Below, piece by piece: positions 10,446 to 20,744 of a DNA stretch of 64,000 bases. Position numbers and translations under genes: made by a program. The stretch spans positions 2,912,001-2,976,000 of the forward strand of contig OZ219926.1 in assembly GCA_964291405.2 (NCBI GenBank), written 5' to 3'. Below the pieces are notes generated by a model. The model did no database searches and was not told where the DNA came from. It saw nothing but the letters and a program-made list of their open reading frames with translations. The number at the start of each line of letters is the position of its first letter. Position 1 is the first letter of the stretch. The DNA comes from Thermodesulfobacteriota bacterium. Lineage in GTDB: Bacteria > Desulfobacterota > Binatia > Bin18.

Positions 10446-11262
10446 GTTTGCCGCCCGTCTGTTGCAATTGGACCGGCGTTTCATCTTTGTACTGATGAGC
10501 GTAGTGACCTTGCTGCCTCTGCTCTACCCGCTTGGTCTGCCCGTCCGCATTTCACCGGAAACGCAGCAGCTCTACGATACGCTGGAGCGCCTGCCCGAGC
10601 GCTCGGTGGTGCTCTTGTCGCTGGATTATGACCCTGCCTCAAAGCCCGAACTCTACCCCATGACCGTTTCTCTCCTCCGCCACGCTTTTGCCAGAAACCT
10701 GCGCGTTGTGGCCCTGACCCTGTGGCCGGCGGGCACGAGTATGGCGGAGTCTGCAGTCACGCACGGCGCCGAGGAGGCCGGAAAAACAGACGGGACGGAC
10801 TACGTCTTCCTCGGTTATGGACCTGGAGAAGCCAATGCCATTATCAGTTTGGGGCAGAGCCTGACCAATGCCTTTCCGACCGACTATGCGGACCGAAAAA
10901 CCGAAACGCTACCCGTGCTCGCAGGGGTCCGCAGCTTGCGTGATATTGACTACGCCATCAGCCTCAGCGCCGGCTTTCCCGGCCTCGACACCTGGTATGT
11001 CTACGGCAAGGAAAAATATGGCTTTGAGCTGGGCGGGGGCTGTACCGCGGTCAGCGCACCCAAGTTTTATCCCTTACTGCAAACCGGCCAAATCAACGGC
11101 CTGCTCGGCGGGCTCCGCGGCGCGGCCGAATATGAAACCCTCCTCAATCAGACCGGCAAAGCGACCGCGGGCATGGACGCGCAGTCAGCTACCCATTTTC
11201 TGATTATCGGTCTGCTCATTGTCTGTAACGTCTGCTACCTGCTGGGCGGGAGAAAAGAGTAA
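10438..11262 (+). CDS. Uncharacterised membrane-anchored protein (DUF6754-associated)
   Basis: N- and C-terminal TM segments; DYDPASKPEL, GTDYVFLGY, GLRGAAEYE and MDAQS. Confidence 0.8.
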   Translation: MRKFAARLLQLDRRFIFVLMSVVTLLPLLYPLGLPVRISPETQQLYDTLERLPERSVVLLSLDYDPASKPELYPMTVSLLRHAFARNLRVVALTLWPAGTSMAESAVTHGAEEAGKTDGTDYVFLGYGPGEANAIISLGQSLTNAFPTDYADRKTETLPVLAGVRSLRDIDYAISLSAGFPGLDTWYVYGKEKYGFELGGGCTAVSAPKFYPLLQTGQINGLLGGLRGAAEYETLLNQTGKATAGMDAQSATHFLIIGLLIVCNVCYLLGGRKE

Positions 11263-11308
11263 ACGTGTTCTCCACCAGACGTGCAGATGCTGGACATGTT
11301 GACTCTTT
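11254..11308. repeat. About 55-bp palindromic repeat, copy 2 (supplies the TAA stop of the upstream CDS)
   Basis: AAAGAGTAAACGTGTTC-N-GGACATGTTGACTCTTT. Confidence 0.8.
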
Positions 11309-11317
11309 AGGGCGCGT

Positions 11318-12064
11318 ATGACTCCTGAGACTCTGTGTGGTGCCTGGGTGGCCGCAGGTTTAAGCCTGTGTATCTATTCGTTTCTGTACCGGGATAATCC
11401 GTTCTTTAAGCTGGGCGAGCACATCTTTGTCGGCGCGTCGGTCGGCTATCTGCTGGTCATTACCTATCATGAGGTCATGCTCAAAAAGCTCGCCGTGCCG
11501 CTTATCGAGCAGCACGAATGGCGTCTGGTCATACCACTCGTCCTCGGCCTGTTGATGTTAGCCCGGTTTGTGCCCCGTCTCGCCTGGACCAGTCGTCTGG
11601 CGTTTGCCTTTATTCTCGGCGTGAGCTCAGGGGTCGCGATTCCACGCCTGCTATCCTCGTTCGTGCTACAGCAGGTCCAGGGGACCTTGAAGCCCCTCGT
11701 TGCGACCGGTCCCACAGGGGTCAGCTTCGGCCTGGCCGAATTGAACACCGTCCTCATCCTGATTGGTGTTGTCAGCGTCCTCGTCTATTTTTTCTTTTCC
11801 CTTGAACATACCGGGAGCGTGCGTCGCGTGGCCCGCCTTGGGATGTATTTTCTCATGATCTCCTTTGGCGCGGCCTTCGGCTACACTGTTATGGCGCGGA
11901 TGTCGCTGCTCATCGGTCGGTTTGACGAGCTGATTCTGTATGCGACGCCGGAGTATGGCCATGCAACGGTCTGGCTACTCGGCCTCGTAACGGGCGGGCT
12001 GGTCTGGTGGCAGCGACGTGTTCGCCAGGCGCAGACCCAGGCGCCACCTGACGGCGTGGAATAG
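11318..12064 (+). CDS. Uncharacterised multi-pass membrane protein
   Basis: YSFLYRDNPFFKLGEHIFVG and FLMISFGAAFGYTVMARMSLLIGR; about 7 TM. Confidence 0.8.
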   Translation: MTPETLCGAWVAAGLSLCIYSFLYRDNPFFKLGEHIFVGASVGYLLVITYHEVMLKKLAVPLIEQHEWRLVIPLVLGLLMLARFVPRLAWTSRLAFAFILGVSSGVAIPRLLSSFVLQQVQGTLKPLVATGPTGVSFGLAELNTVLILIGVVSVLVYFFFSLEHTGSVRRVARLGMYFLMISFGAAFGYTVMARMSLLIGRFDELILYATPEYGHATVWLLGLVTGGLVWWQRRVRQAQTQAPPDGVE

Positions 12065-12104
12065 ACAGATCGGCGGACACACGCGGGCCCGTCGCGGGCA
12101 AGGA

Positions 12105-12542
12105 TTATTTCTCGGCTTCTTCGGACTGGTCCGGTGTCTGCGCTTTTTCAGCCAGGGCAATGACCTCGCTCGTCGCGCCGACCTCGGGCGTTTGGAGACG
12201 GGTACCTTTGATACGGGCCGCCTTACCGGAGCGTTGACGCAGATAGTAGAGCTTGGCCCTCCGGACCCTTCCCCGAGCGATGACTTCGATCTTCTCAATG
12301 CGCGGGGAGTGCACGGGAAAAATACGCTCGACCCCGACCCCATAGGACACTTTCCGAACCGTAAAGGTCGCCCGGTTGCCCTTGCCGTTCGAGCGGCTGA
12401 TGACCGCTCCCTCAAAGACCTGAACCCGTTCTTTGTCGCCTTCAATAATCTTGGCATGGACGCGAACGGTATCCCCTGCCTTAAAATCCGGAATATCAGT
12501 CTTCTGCTGTTTGGCCTCAATGGCGGCAAGTAGGTTACTCAT
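12105..12542 (-). CDS. rplS: 50S ribosomal protein L19
   Basis: [28 protein letters not shown] and [12 protein letters not shown]. Confidence 0.97.
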   Translation of the reverse strand: MSNLLAAIEAKQQKTDIPDFKAGDTVRVHAKIIEGDKERVQVFEGAVISRSNGKGNRATFTVRKVSYGVGVERIFPVHSPRIEKIEVIARGRVRRAKLYYLRQRSGKAARIKGTRLQTPEVGATSEVIALAEKAQTPDQSEEAEK

Positions 12543-12640
12543 GATGCTGTTCTCCTCCGCGCTCTTTGCGTACACTGTGCGGCAGGTGGGACGAACGATG
12601 AAGCTATGCCTCACCTGAGACAGAGAGGTGTAGTATTGCT

Positions 12641-12697
12641 AAAGAGTAAGCGTGTCCTCCAAATCATCGTGTACAAAGCTGGACACGTTTACTCTTT
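12641..12697. repeat. About 55-bp palindromic repeat, copy 3
   Basis: AAAGAGTAAGCGTGTCC-N-GGACACGTTTACTCTTT. Confidence 0.85.
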
Positions 12698-12772
12698 ACA
12701 GCCGTGTGTTTGCTGAGTACGGACGGCGAGGGCTTACTGCTCTTTTTGTACTACCCTGCTGCTGGCAGACGG

Positions 12773-13336
12773 TCAAGATGGCGTCCCCAGCAGGCGGTCA
12801 AGCATAATGGCCGCGGCCGCACGAACGGACAGATGGTTATACGCTTTACACCCTTGAATTGGCTCAAGAATTGCCTCTGCCTGGGCAAACACCTCCTGTG
12901 TCAGCCCCCAGCCGGTCCCCAAAAGCAGGAGGATGGGGCACTGCTCGCGTTTCAGACTTTCACGCAGGTCAGCAAAAGTCAGGCGGTCTTTTCCGCCCTT
13001 TGCCGATGTCGCAATAACGCGCGGCGGCTGGCCTGCGCTCCGGGTAATGACCGCCCGAACCTCCTCAAGAGAGTCAGCCAGAGAGACAATGGACAGAGCG
13101 TCTCTACGGGTCTCGTTATACACGCTGCCATGCCCGCTCTGCCAATGGTCGAGGATTTTCTCCGCCAGGGCCTGAAGCGCCCGGACCGGATGGACCACGA
13201 AATACCGTTTTACTCCGTAAGTTAAGGCCGACCGGGCAATATCGTGAATATCCATATTGGTAATGGAAGTGGTCACGACTTTCTGCGTTTTGTCGTACAC
13301 AGGGTGATGAATCAGTGCGATATAGACGTCGGCCAT
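12773..13336 (-). CDS. SPOUT-class RNA methyltransferase (TrmD-associated, Methyltrn_RNA_4-like)
   Basis: ALIHHPVY, DIHDIARS, GTGWGL and YNHLSVRAAAAIMLDRL. Confidence 0.88.
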   Translation of the reverse strand: MADVYIALIHHPVYDKTQKVVTTSITNMDIHDIARSALTYGVKRYFVVHPVRALQALAEKILDHWQSGHGSVYNETRRDALSIVSLADSLEEVRAVITRSAGQPPRVIATSAKGGKDRLTFADLRESLKREQCPILLLLGTGWGLTQEVFAQAEAILEPIQGCKAYNHLSVRAAAAIMLDRLLGTPS

Positions 13337-13374
13337 AAGCGCCTTCGCTGTGTGGTGCAGATCGGTCTGGGTTT

Positions 13375-14106
13375 CTACGTGTCCGTATCATCCATCTGCG
13401 TGAGCCAGCGGCGTTCTTCGGGGCTCAGGTCAGCCTTTTTAAGCAGGTCCGGCCGACGTGTACGGGTCCGGATAAGCGACTGTCTGCGTCGCCACCGGGT
13501 GATGTTCGCATGATGGCCGGATAACAGTACGTGTGGAACCGACATCCCGCGGAACTCTTCCGGCCGGGTATACTGCGGATATTCGAGCAGTCCCGTACTA
13601 AAAGACTCGTCTTCGGTTGATTCTTTCCGCCCGACCACACCCGGAATGAGCCGAGCAACGGCATCGATCAAGACGAGGGCCGCCACTTCTCCCCCGCTGA
13701 CAATATAGTCTCCAATGGAAATCTCTTCATCGACAAAGGCCAGAACCCGTTCGTCTACCCCTTCATAGCGGCCACACACCAGGACCAATGCTTCGCAGGC
13801 CGCCAGCTCGGCCGTTTTGGCCTGGGAAAGCGGCTGTCCTTGAGGAGAGAGGAAAATCCGCCTCGGATTGTTGAGGGGCACACTCACCGCTTCGATCGCA
13901 TTGACCAGGGGCTCAGGGGTCATCACCATACCCCATTCTCCACCATAGGGCGTATCGTCCGTTGAACGATGTTTGCCCGGTGCATAGTCACGCAGATTGT
14001 GCACGCAAAACGAGAGGATAGCCTTGTCCTGGGCTTTCTGTAACAAGCCGGTCGCCAGCGGCGAGGTAAACCATTCCGGGAAAATGGTAATAATGTGAAA
14101 CTGCAT
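13375..14106 (-). CDS. trmD: tRNA (guanine37-N1)-methyltransferase
   Basis: [28 protein letters not shown] and YPQYTRP. Confidence 0.97.
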   Translation of the reverse strand: MQFHIITIFPEWFTSPLATGLLQKAQDKAILSFCVHNLRDYAPGKHRSTDDTPYGGEWGMVMTPEPLVNAIEAVSVPLNNPRRIFLSPQGQPLSQAKTAELAACEALVLVCGRYEGVDERVLAFVDEEISIGDYIVSGGEVAALVLIDAVARLIPGVVGRKESTEDESFSTGLLEYPQYTRPEEFRGMSVPHVLLSGHHANITRWRRRQSLIRTRTRRPDLLKKADLSPEERRWLTQMDDTDT

Positions 14107-14114
14107 ATGGCTAT

Positions 14115-14168
14115 AATGAGTAAACGTGTCCCCCAATCATTTATCAAGGCTGGATACGTTTACTCATT
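14115..14168. repeat. About 55-bp palindromic repeat, copy 4 (supplies the rimM stop)
   Basis: AATGAGTAAACGTGTCC-N-GGATACGTTTACTCATT. Confidence 0.85.
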
Positions 14169-14702
14169 TTCGAGCAATCCCTCGGGCGGGTCGATAATGA
14201 CCTGGCGATCTTCGATGGCGATCGTCCGTATCACCTCTTCAACAACCGGGATCAGGTATTCTTTTGCTCCATTCCGCACCACGAAGACATCATGGCCCGG
14301 GGTCGTAAGAACCTCCGCAATAGTCCCGATAGATTCTTGCGTCAGAGTTCGGATAGGCAGTCCGATCACCTGATAGTGGTAGAACTCACCCGCCTGAAGG
14401 TGGGGTAAGTCTGTCTCGTCCGCAAACAGGCTCGACCCGCGCAGTGCTTCGGCCCGATTGCGAGACTCTACCCCGACAAACTTCAAGAGGAGACAAGATG
14501 CGTGCGGCCGGACCTGTCTCAGTTCGAGGCTCTCTTCCGAGGCGTCCGTCTTTCGCAGCGTGACCCACAGGCCGGGCCGTAGCGTCGGGCAGGGGGAGGA
14601 GTGGGGGAGGAAGCGAACCTCTCCCCGAACACCATGCGTATTGACCACACGACCAAGTTCAATCCGTGTGGCTGGGCTCGGGCGACTATTTTTCTTCGAC
14701 AA
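14160..14702 (-). CDS. rimM: 16S rRNA processing protein RimM (TTG start inferred)
   Basis: GRVVNTHGVRGEV, EFYHYQVIGL, EYLIP and PPEGLL; operon context. Confidence 0.92.
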   Translation of the reverse strand: MSKKNSRPSPATRIELGRVVNTHGVRGEVRFLPHSSPCPTLRPGLWVTLRKTDASEESLELRQVRPHASCLLLKFVGVESRNRAEALRGSSLFADETDLPHLQAGEFYHYQVIGLPIRTLTQESIGTIAEVLTTPGHDVFVVRNGAKEYLIPVVEEVIRTIAIEDRQVIIDPPEGLLENE

Positions 14703-14922
14703 TCTCAAGGACAACTTTGCGGTTTGTACGGGAAGCCGCCGCATTGAGCAGGGTCCGAATCGACTTCGCCGTACGCCCCTGTTTGCCGATAATACGGCCC
14801 AGGTCTTCCTTAGCCACGCGCAACTCAAGGATGGCCGCGGTTTCTCCTTGGATTTCTGAGACCTCGACTTCATCCGGGTTGTTCACCAGCGCCTTGGCGA
14901 GGTATGTAACAAGGTCTTTCAT
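14686..14922 (-). CDS. khpA: KH domain RNA-binding protein
   Basis: DLGRIIGKQGRTAKSIR; lies between rpsP and rimM. Confidence 0.92.
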   Translation of the reverse strand: MKDLVTYLAKALVNNPDEVEVSEIQGETAAILELRVAKEDLGRIIGKQGRTAKSIRTLLNAAASRTNRKVVLEIVEEK

Positions 14923-14945
14923 AGTCTTCTCCCCGTACCCCAGAT

Positions 14946-15194
14946 TCAGGTTTCTTGTGCGCGCCCTGCCTTCTTGATGAGTCGAGCAACCGTCTCGGTC
15001 GGTTGAGCCCCGTTCTTCAGCCACTCTGTCAGCCGGTCCTGCTTAATCTCGATCAGCGCCGGGTCCTGAGTCGGATCATACGAGCCGAGCCGTTCGAGAA
15101 ACCGCCCGTCCCGGGGCGACCGTGAGTCCGCAGCAACAATACGATAGAAGGGGCGCTTTTTCGCCCCGTGCCGAGCCAGTCGAATTTTTACCAT
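14946..15194 (-). CDS. rpsP: 30S ribosomal protein S16
   Basis: [20 protein letters not shown]...[14 protein letters not shown]. Confidence 0.98.
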   Translation of the reverse strand: MVKIRLARHGAKKRPFYRIVAADSRSPRDGRFLERLGSYDPTQDPALIEIKQDRLTEWLKNGAQPTETVARLIKKAGRAQET

Positions 15195-15200
15195 AGTTTT

Positions 15201-16559
15201 TTAGTGTCCCCAGGCCGGGAGGGAAAGGCGTTTCTTCATTTTCTTTCCTCCGCCGGCCCCGGAAAGCCTCCTCATCATCTTTTTCGCTTCGAGATATTGC
15301 TTGAGAAACCGATTCACTGCAACCACCGAGGTACCGCTGCCCTTGGCAATCCGTTTGCGGCGGCTGCCGTTCAGGAGCTCCGGCTTCCGACGCTCTTCTT
15401 TTGTCATGGAGCTGATGATTGCTTCAACATGTTTGAACTCTTTTTCTGCCCCGTCCATATCGGCACCCTTGAGCATTTTCTTCGCGCCAGGCAGCAGGCC
15501 CACCAAATCCGTGATGGAGCCCATTTGTCTGACCATGCGCATCTGCTCTTGAAAATCTTCCAGGGTAAACTGATTTTTCCGGAGTTTCTTTTCCAGGACC
15601 TCGGCCTGCTGTTGGTCGTAGACCTTTTCGGCCTTTTCGACCAACGACAGCACATCACCCATGCCGAGGATACGCGAGGCGATACGGTCCGGGTGAAAAG
15701 GTTCCAGGGCGTCGAGTTTCTCCCCAATACCGGCAAACAGAATGGGCGCGCCGGTGACGGAGCGTAAGGACAGGGCGGCCCCACCCCGGGCATCCCCTTC
15801 AATTTTGGTCAGGATGATGCCGTCAATGGAGAGCCGCTGGTGAAAGCCCTGCGCGACATTCACCGCTTCCTGGCCGGTCATGGCGTCGGCCACCAGCAGG
15901 GTTTGATGCGGCTGGAGCATCGTTTTCATCCGTTCCAGGTCGGCCATCAACTCGGCGTCGACCTGCAGACGACCGGCGGTATCAACCACCGCAACATCAC
16001 AGCCCCGTTTTTGCGCTTCGGCAATCCCGGCTTGGGCAACGACAATCGGGTCGGGAGCCGAGCCGTCGTTCGGGGTTGGATAGACCGGAACGCCGAGCTC
16101 TTGGGCGAGAATGGTGAGCTGATCGATAGCGGCCGGACGAAAGGTATCTGCCGGAATCAGGTAAGGAGTACGCTTCCGTTCGAGGGTCAGATAGCGGGCG
16201 AGTTTCCCCGCCGTCGTCGTTTTTCCGGAACCGTTCAGGCCAACGAGCAGAATGACGACCGGGGGTCGGGCCGACAGATTCAACTCGGTCTGCTCTCCGC
16301 CCAGGAGCGCGACCAACTCGGCATTGACGATTTTAATGAGCTGTTGGCCGGGCGACAGGCTGGCGAGCACGTCCTGACCAAGGGCCTGCGTCCGAATCCG
16401 TTCGATAAAGTCTTTGACCACGCGAAAATTGACATCGGCCTCCAGCAGGGCCAGCCGCACTTCGCGCAGCGCTTCATCAATGTTCTTTTCGGTCAGTCTG
16501 GTGTGTCCGCGCACCCGGCGCAACACCCCATCCAGCTTTTCTCCCAAGGCCTCAAACAT
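15201..16559 (-). CDS. ffh: Signal recognition particle protein
   Basis: GLNGSGKTT, DTAGR, DARGGAALS, RILGMGD and an M domain. Confidence 0.98.
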   Translation of the reverse strand: MFEALGEKLDGVLRRVRGHTRLTEKNIDEALREVRLALLEADVNFRVVKDFIERIRTQALGQDVLASLSPGQQLIKIVNAELVALLGGEQTELNLSARPPVVILLVGLNGSGKTTTAGKLARYLTLERKRTPYLIPADTFRPAAIDQLTILAQELGVPVYPTPNDGSAPDPIVVAQAGIAEAQKRGCDVAVVDTAGRLQVDAELMADLERMKTMLQPHQTLLVADAMTGQEAVNVAQGFHQRLSIDGIILTKIEGDARGGAALSLRSVTGAPILFAGIGEKLDALEPFHPDRIASRILGMGDVLSLVEKAEKVYDQQQAEVLEKKLRKNQFTLEDFQEQMRMVRQMGSITDLVGLLPGAKKMLKGADMDGAEKEFKHVEAIISSMTKEERRKPELLNGSRRKRIAKGSGTSVVAVNRFLKQYLEAKKMMRRLSGAGGGKKMKKRLSLPAWGH

Positions 16560-16681
16560 GCTGATTCACACCATTTTGTCCAATCTTCCCCACATACAGA
16601 AACAGGGGTGGAAAGTCAAATCAAACGCGCCTTACGAGGGCTTTGCTTGCGCAGGGTCTCGAAATCGGTTAGCTGTGAGGC

Positions 16682-17110
16682 ATGGCAGCAAAGCAAAGCA
16701 AATTCCTGATAGGAGCCCTGCTCATCGTCGGCGCGGTTGGCTATCTGATCTATACGAGCATACAGGAAACCAAAGTATATTACTTCACCATAGACGAGTT
16801 TCTCCTGAACCAGGAGGCGATGACCAATACCGACGTCCGGGTTGCCGGTCGGGTGCAGGCTGGCTCTATCCAGTGGGACCCGGCGGCGCTCACTCTGACG
16901 TTCAGGCTGACGCCCATTGAGCCGGGCACAATTCCCGTCGGCGCCATCCCGACAGGGGTTGCGGTTTCCTACCAGGGAATTTTGCCGGATATGTTTGCAG
17001 AGGGTCGAGACGTGATTGTCGAGGGCCTGTATACGCCGGACCAGCAGCTCGTTGCGTCGACGATCATGACGAGCTGTCCATCAAAGTATGAGCCTGAAAT
17101 CGAAGCCTGA
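16682..17110 (+). CDS. ccmE: Cytochrome c maturation heme chaperone CcmE (CxxxY variant)
   Basis: N-terminal TM, PDMFAEG and CPSKY heme-binding motif. Confidence 0.9.
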   Translation: MAAKQSKFLIGALLIVGAVGYLIYTSIQETKVYYFTIDEFLLNQEAMTNTDVRVAGRVQAGSIQWDPAALTLTFRLTPIEPGTIPVGAIPTGVAVSYQGILPDMFAEGRDVIVEGLYTPDQQLVASTIMTSCPSKYEPEIEA

Positions 17111-17186
17111 GCACTCTCTCGGCACCGAGCGACCGCGGTCCCTATTTTTCCGTTTCCAGTCCGGTCCCCTATAGAATAGTTTATCC

Positions 17187-19184
17187 ATGACCCATATTGG
17201 TACCCTTGCCCTCTATCTTGCGAGTTTATTAGCCGTCTACGCCATTGTAACCAGCCTGTGGGGCGTTCGGACACGGAGGACGGCGTGGATTGCCAGCGGA
17301 ACCCAGGCCGCCTATGCGGTCGGCGGTTGCGTGGTCGTGGCGTCAATCGCCCTGCTGCACGCCCTTCTGACGCGGGATTTTAACGTCGAATACGTGGCGA
17401 GCTACTCCAGCTCCACCCTCCCTCTGCATTATACGGTCGCCGCGTTTTGGGGCGGGCAAAAGGGCTCCCTCCTGTTTTGGGCGCTGATTCACTGCCTTTT
17501 TTCGGCGATCGTTCTCTTTCAGAATCGCACCAGAAACCAAGAGCTGATGCCGTATGTGACGGCGACGCTCATGATCATTGCCTTATTTTTCCTCGGCCTG
17601 TTGTGTTTCATTACCCCACCGTTTGAACGGCTGTCTTTCATCCCGGACGAGGGCTCGGATCTCAACCCACTACTCCAGAATTACTGGATGACCATTCATC
17701 CTCCGGCCCTGTATTTAGGATTTATCAGTGCGTCTGTCCCGTTCGCTTTCGCCATAGCCGCCCTGGCCACGGGGAAACTGGGTGACGTGTGGATCAGGAC
17801 CACCCGGCGCTGGGCCCTGACCTCCTGGTTTTTCCTGTCTTTGGGCAATTTGCTGGGCGGTCGTTGGGCCTATGAAGTGCTGGGATGGGGTGGCTATTGG
17901 GCGTGGGACCCGGTTGAGAACGCGGCGATTATGCCCTGGTTTACCGCAACCGCCTATCTCCACTCGGTCATGATCCAGGAAAAGAAAGACATGCTCAAGG
18001 TCTGGAATATGACCTTAGTCATCCTGACCTTTGTGCTGACGATTTTCGGAACCTTCCTGACGCGCAGCGGTGTGATCTCGTCCGTCCACTCTTTTACCCA
18101 GTCCGGTCTGGGACCGTATTTCCTGACCTTCCTGGCCTTTATCCTGACCGTTTCAATCGGGCTGCTGCTCTATCGTCTGCCGGACCTGAAGAGTGAGAAT
18201 GAGTTCGACTCCCTGTTATCCCGCGAGGCGGCCTTCCTGTTTAATAATCTCATCCTTGTCGGTCTTGCCTTTGCCACGTTCTGGGGAACCATTTTCCCCA
18301 TCCTGTCCGAGTGGGTCCGGGGCGTAAAAATTACGGTCGGTCCGCCGTTCTTCAATCAGGTGAACGGCCCGCTCGGGGTGCTGTTATTGTTCCTGACCGG
18401 TATCGGGCCGATTATTGCCTGGCGGCGGGCAAGCTGGAGCAGCCTCAGACGGCAGTTTGCCATTCCGCTTGTGGTCGGACTGGCCCTGGGCGGCCTGCTT
18501 TTTATGCTGGGCTACCGCAACTACTACGCGGTCGTGATTTTCTCTCTGGCCGGATTTGTCCTGGCCGGTATCCTGGCTGAATTCTCCCGCGGAACACGTG
18601 CCCGACAGGTGATGCTGCACGAAAGCCCGCCTCAAGCCCTGGGCCGTCTGGTCGGCAAAAACCCACGCCGGTACGGTGGCTATATTGTGCATGTTGGTGT
18701 GGTCCTGATTTTTTTCGGGGTGGCGGGCGCGCTCTTCACCATTGAAAAACAGATTACCGTGAGCGCGGAGCAGTCTTTTGAGGTGGGTCGCTATACCCTC
18801 CTCTACACGGGGATCACGGAACGGGAAGATGCGCATATTGCCGCCCAGGTTGCTACGGTAAACATTCTGGTTGACGGACAGCAGATCGATACCATGCATC
18901 CGGAAAAACGCTTCTACAAAAAACAAAACCAGCCTACCACCGAAGTCGATATTCGACCGACCCTGGTGGAGGACCTCTACCTGGTTCTCGGCAGCTACGA
19001 TGAGCCGTCGGGCCTGGCAACCTTTCAGGTCTTCATTAACCCGCTGGTGTCCTGGATTTGGATTGGGGGGCTGATCCTGATTCTGGGCACCTGTGTCATC
19101 ATGGCCCCGAATCCGGCGGAACGACAAGCCTTTGCCCTGGCGCGGGCATCGGAGGACATACGGGGGCAAGCCGTTGCGGAATAG
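17187..19184 (+). CDS. ccmF: Cytochrome c heme lyase CcmF
   Basis: IHPP, WGGYWAWDPVEN and SVHSF. Confidence 0.96.
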   Translation: MTHIGTLALYLASLLAVYAIVTSLWGVRTRRTAWIASGTQAAYAVGGCVVVASIALLHALLTRDFNVEYVASYSSSTLPLHYTVAAFWGGQKGSLLFWALIHCLFSAIVLFQNRTRNQELMPYVTATLMIIALFFLGLLCFITPPFERLSFIPDEGSDLNPLLQNYWMTIHPPALYLGFISASVPFAFAIAALATGKLGDVWIRTTRRWALTSWFFLSLGNLLGGRWAYEVLGWGGYWAWDPVENAAIMPWFTATAYLHSVMIQEKKDMLKVWNMTLVILTFVLTIFGTFLTRSGVISSVHSFTQSGLGPYFLTFLAFILTVSIGLLLYRLPDLKSENEFDSLLSREAAFLFNNLILVGLAFATFWGTIFPILSEWVRGVKITVGPPFFNQVNGPLGVLLLFLTGIGPIIAWRRASWSSLRRQFAIPLVVGLALGGLLFMLGYRNYYAVVIFSLAGFVLAGILAEFSRGTRARQVMLHESPPQALGRLVGKNPRRYGGYIVHVGVVLIFFGVAGALFTIEKQITVSAEQSFEVGRYTLLYTGITEREDAHIAAQVATVNILVDGQQIDTMHPEKRFYKKQNQPTTEVDIRPTLVEDLYLVLGSYDEPSGLATFQVFINPLVSWIWIGGLILILGTCVIMAPNPAERQAFALARASEDIRGQAVAE

Positions 19185-19665
19185 ACGCCTGTTCCGGGTA
19201 TGCCCGCCCGTTTGGGTCGCACTGATCGTCTGGAGTTTTTCCGTGGCCCAAGCGGCTCCTCCGACGAATCAGGAGATGGAGGCTGCGCTCACCTGCCAGT
19301 GCAGCTGTGGCCTGACCGTGCATAGCTGTAACCACTTGCAGTGTGGCTTTGCCATTCCGGCCAAAGAGCAGATTGCCGAGCAGCTTGAACAAGGCGCATC
19401 CCGCGAAGCCATTCTCGCCTCTTTTGTGACGCGGTATGGAGAAAAAGTGCTGTCCGCACCAACGGCCACGGGCTTCAATCTCACTGCCTGGGTAACACCT
19501 TTTCTGGTCGTTCTGATTGGCGCCGTGAGTATTGGCTTGATTGCGCGCCGCTGGACAAAAAATCGGCCCTCAGTCCAGGCTGCATCGTCTCCAGCCACCT
19601 CCGCACCAACCCCGAACCCGTATCAGGAACGACTCAAAAAAGAGCTTGAGACGTTCGAGAGCTAA
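19174..19665 (+). CDS. ccmH: Cytochrome c biogenesis protein CcmH
   Basis: Signal-like N-terminus, LTCQCSC, RYGEKVLSAP and WVTP TM. Confidence 0.85.
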   Translation: MRNRRLFRVCPPVWVALIVWSFSVAQAAPPTNQEMEAALTCQCSCGLTVHSCNHLQCGFAIPAKEQIAEQLEQGASREAILASFVTRYGEKVLSAPTATGFNLTAWVTPFLVVLIGAVSIGLIARRWTKNRPSVQAASSPATSAPTPNPYQERLKKELETFES

Positions 19666-19675
19666 ACGGAGAGCC

Positions 19676-20020
19676 ATGACCTTTGTGCTGTATGCCGCCG
19701 GAATTGTTTTGGTCGGGCTGATTGCCGTTCTGGTTGCCTGGCCCTTACTGGCTGCGCAGACAGAGTCCGTCCAGCCTCTCCCAGCCGCAGAGCACATCGT
19801 CCGCTGGGAAAAACAAAAAGCGGCTGCCTATGCCGCTATTAGAGAAGCGGAATTTGACAAACAAATGGGAAAGCTCACGGACGAAGATTATCAATTCATC
19901 CGGCAGAAATACGAAGCGCGAGCAGTTGAAGCGCTCGCGCGGCTCGACCAGCTCGCCGGGTCTATGGAGTCTATTGGGTCTATGGAGTCGGTTGAGTCCC
20001 GACCCAAAGAACCCAAATGA
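19676..20020 (+). CDS. CcmI-like short membrane protein
   Basis: TM then IREAEFDKQMGKLTDEDY; ccm operon position. Confidence 0.7.
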   Translation: MTFVLYAAGIVLVGLIAVLVAWPLLAAQTESVQPLPAAEHIVRWEKQKAAAYAAIREAEFDKQMGKLTDEDYQFIRQKYEARAVEALARLDQLAGSMESIGSMESVESRPKEPK

Positions 20021-20040
20021 CTCAACCGACCCAACAGACC
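19958..20040. repeat. 9-mer tandem/inverted repeat family (GGGTCTATG / GACCCAA)
   Basis: GGGTCTATG GAGTCTATT GGGTCTATG GAGTCGGTT ... GACTCAACC GACCCAACA GACC. Confidence 0.75.
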
Positions 20041-20736
20041 TCTTGGGTTGTTGAGGCGCGAAATCTCCACAAGACCTTTGCGTGGACGCCGGTTCTCAAT
20101 GACATATCGTGTCGCATTGCTCCTGCCGAGGTGGTCGGCATATTTGGTCCGAACGGGGCCGGCAAGACCACGCTGTTGCGGCTCTTGGCGACGCTGCTGA
20201 CACCCACCTCAGGCAGGCTGACCCTCTTTGGCTCAGCCTCTTCCGAGCTGGCGGTCCGGCGAAAAATAGGTTTTCTCGGCCACGAGAGCTATCTGTATCC
20301 TGACCTCACCCCGGAAGAGAATCTCACCTTTTACGGTCGCGCCTATCAGGTCCCGAACCTCAAAGACCGCATTGCCCAACAATTGGAATACGTCGGCCTC
20401 CAGGACTGGCGGACAATGCCGGTCCGTTATTTCTCGCGTGGGATGGAACAGCGCCTCAGCTTCGCCAGAGCCCTCCTGCACGACCCCACTCTTTTCCTCC
20501 TTGATGAGCCCGACACCGGCCTCGACCCCAGAGGGCTCTCGACCCTGCATGCCACCCTAACTCAGGCAAAAGACCAGAAGAAAACCGTTATTCTCACCTC
20601 GCACGATTTTGAACGCAGTCGGGAGCTGTGTACCCGTGCCCTCATCCTGCACCGCGGACGGATTGCCTGGCAATCCGAGGAAGCCCTCCCGTCTCCGCAA
20701 GGGTTTGTCGAACTCTATACCGCGTGTACGCGCTAG
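20017..20736 (+). CDS. ccmA: Heme ABC exporter ATP-binding protein CcmA
   Basis: GPNGAGKTT, FSRGM and LLDEP; ccm context. Confidence 0.92.
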   Translation: MTQPTQQTSWVVEARNLHKTFAWTPVLNDISCRIAPAEVVGIFGPNGAGKTTLLRLLATLLTPTSGRLTLFGSASSELAVRRKIGFLGHESYLYPDLTPEENLTFYGRAYQVPNLKDRIAQQLEYVGLQDWRTMPVRYFSRGMEQRLSFARALLHDPTLFLLDEPDTGLDPRGLSTLHATLTQAKDQKKTVILTSHDFERSRELCTRALILHRGRIAWQSEEALPSPQGFVELYTACTR

Positions 20737-20744
20737 GCTGTCCC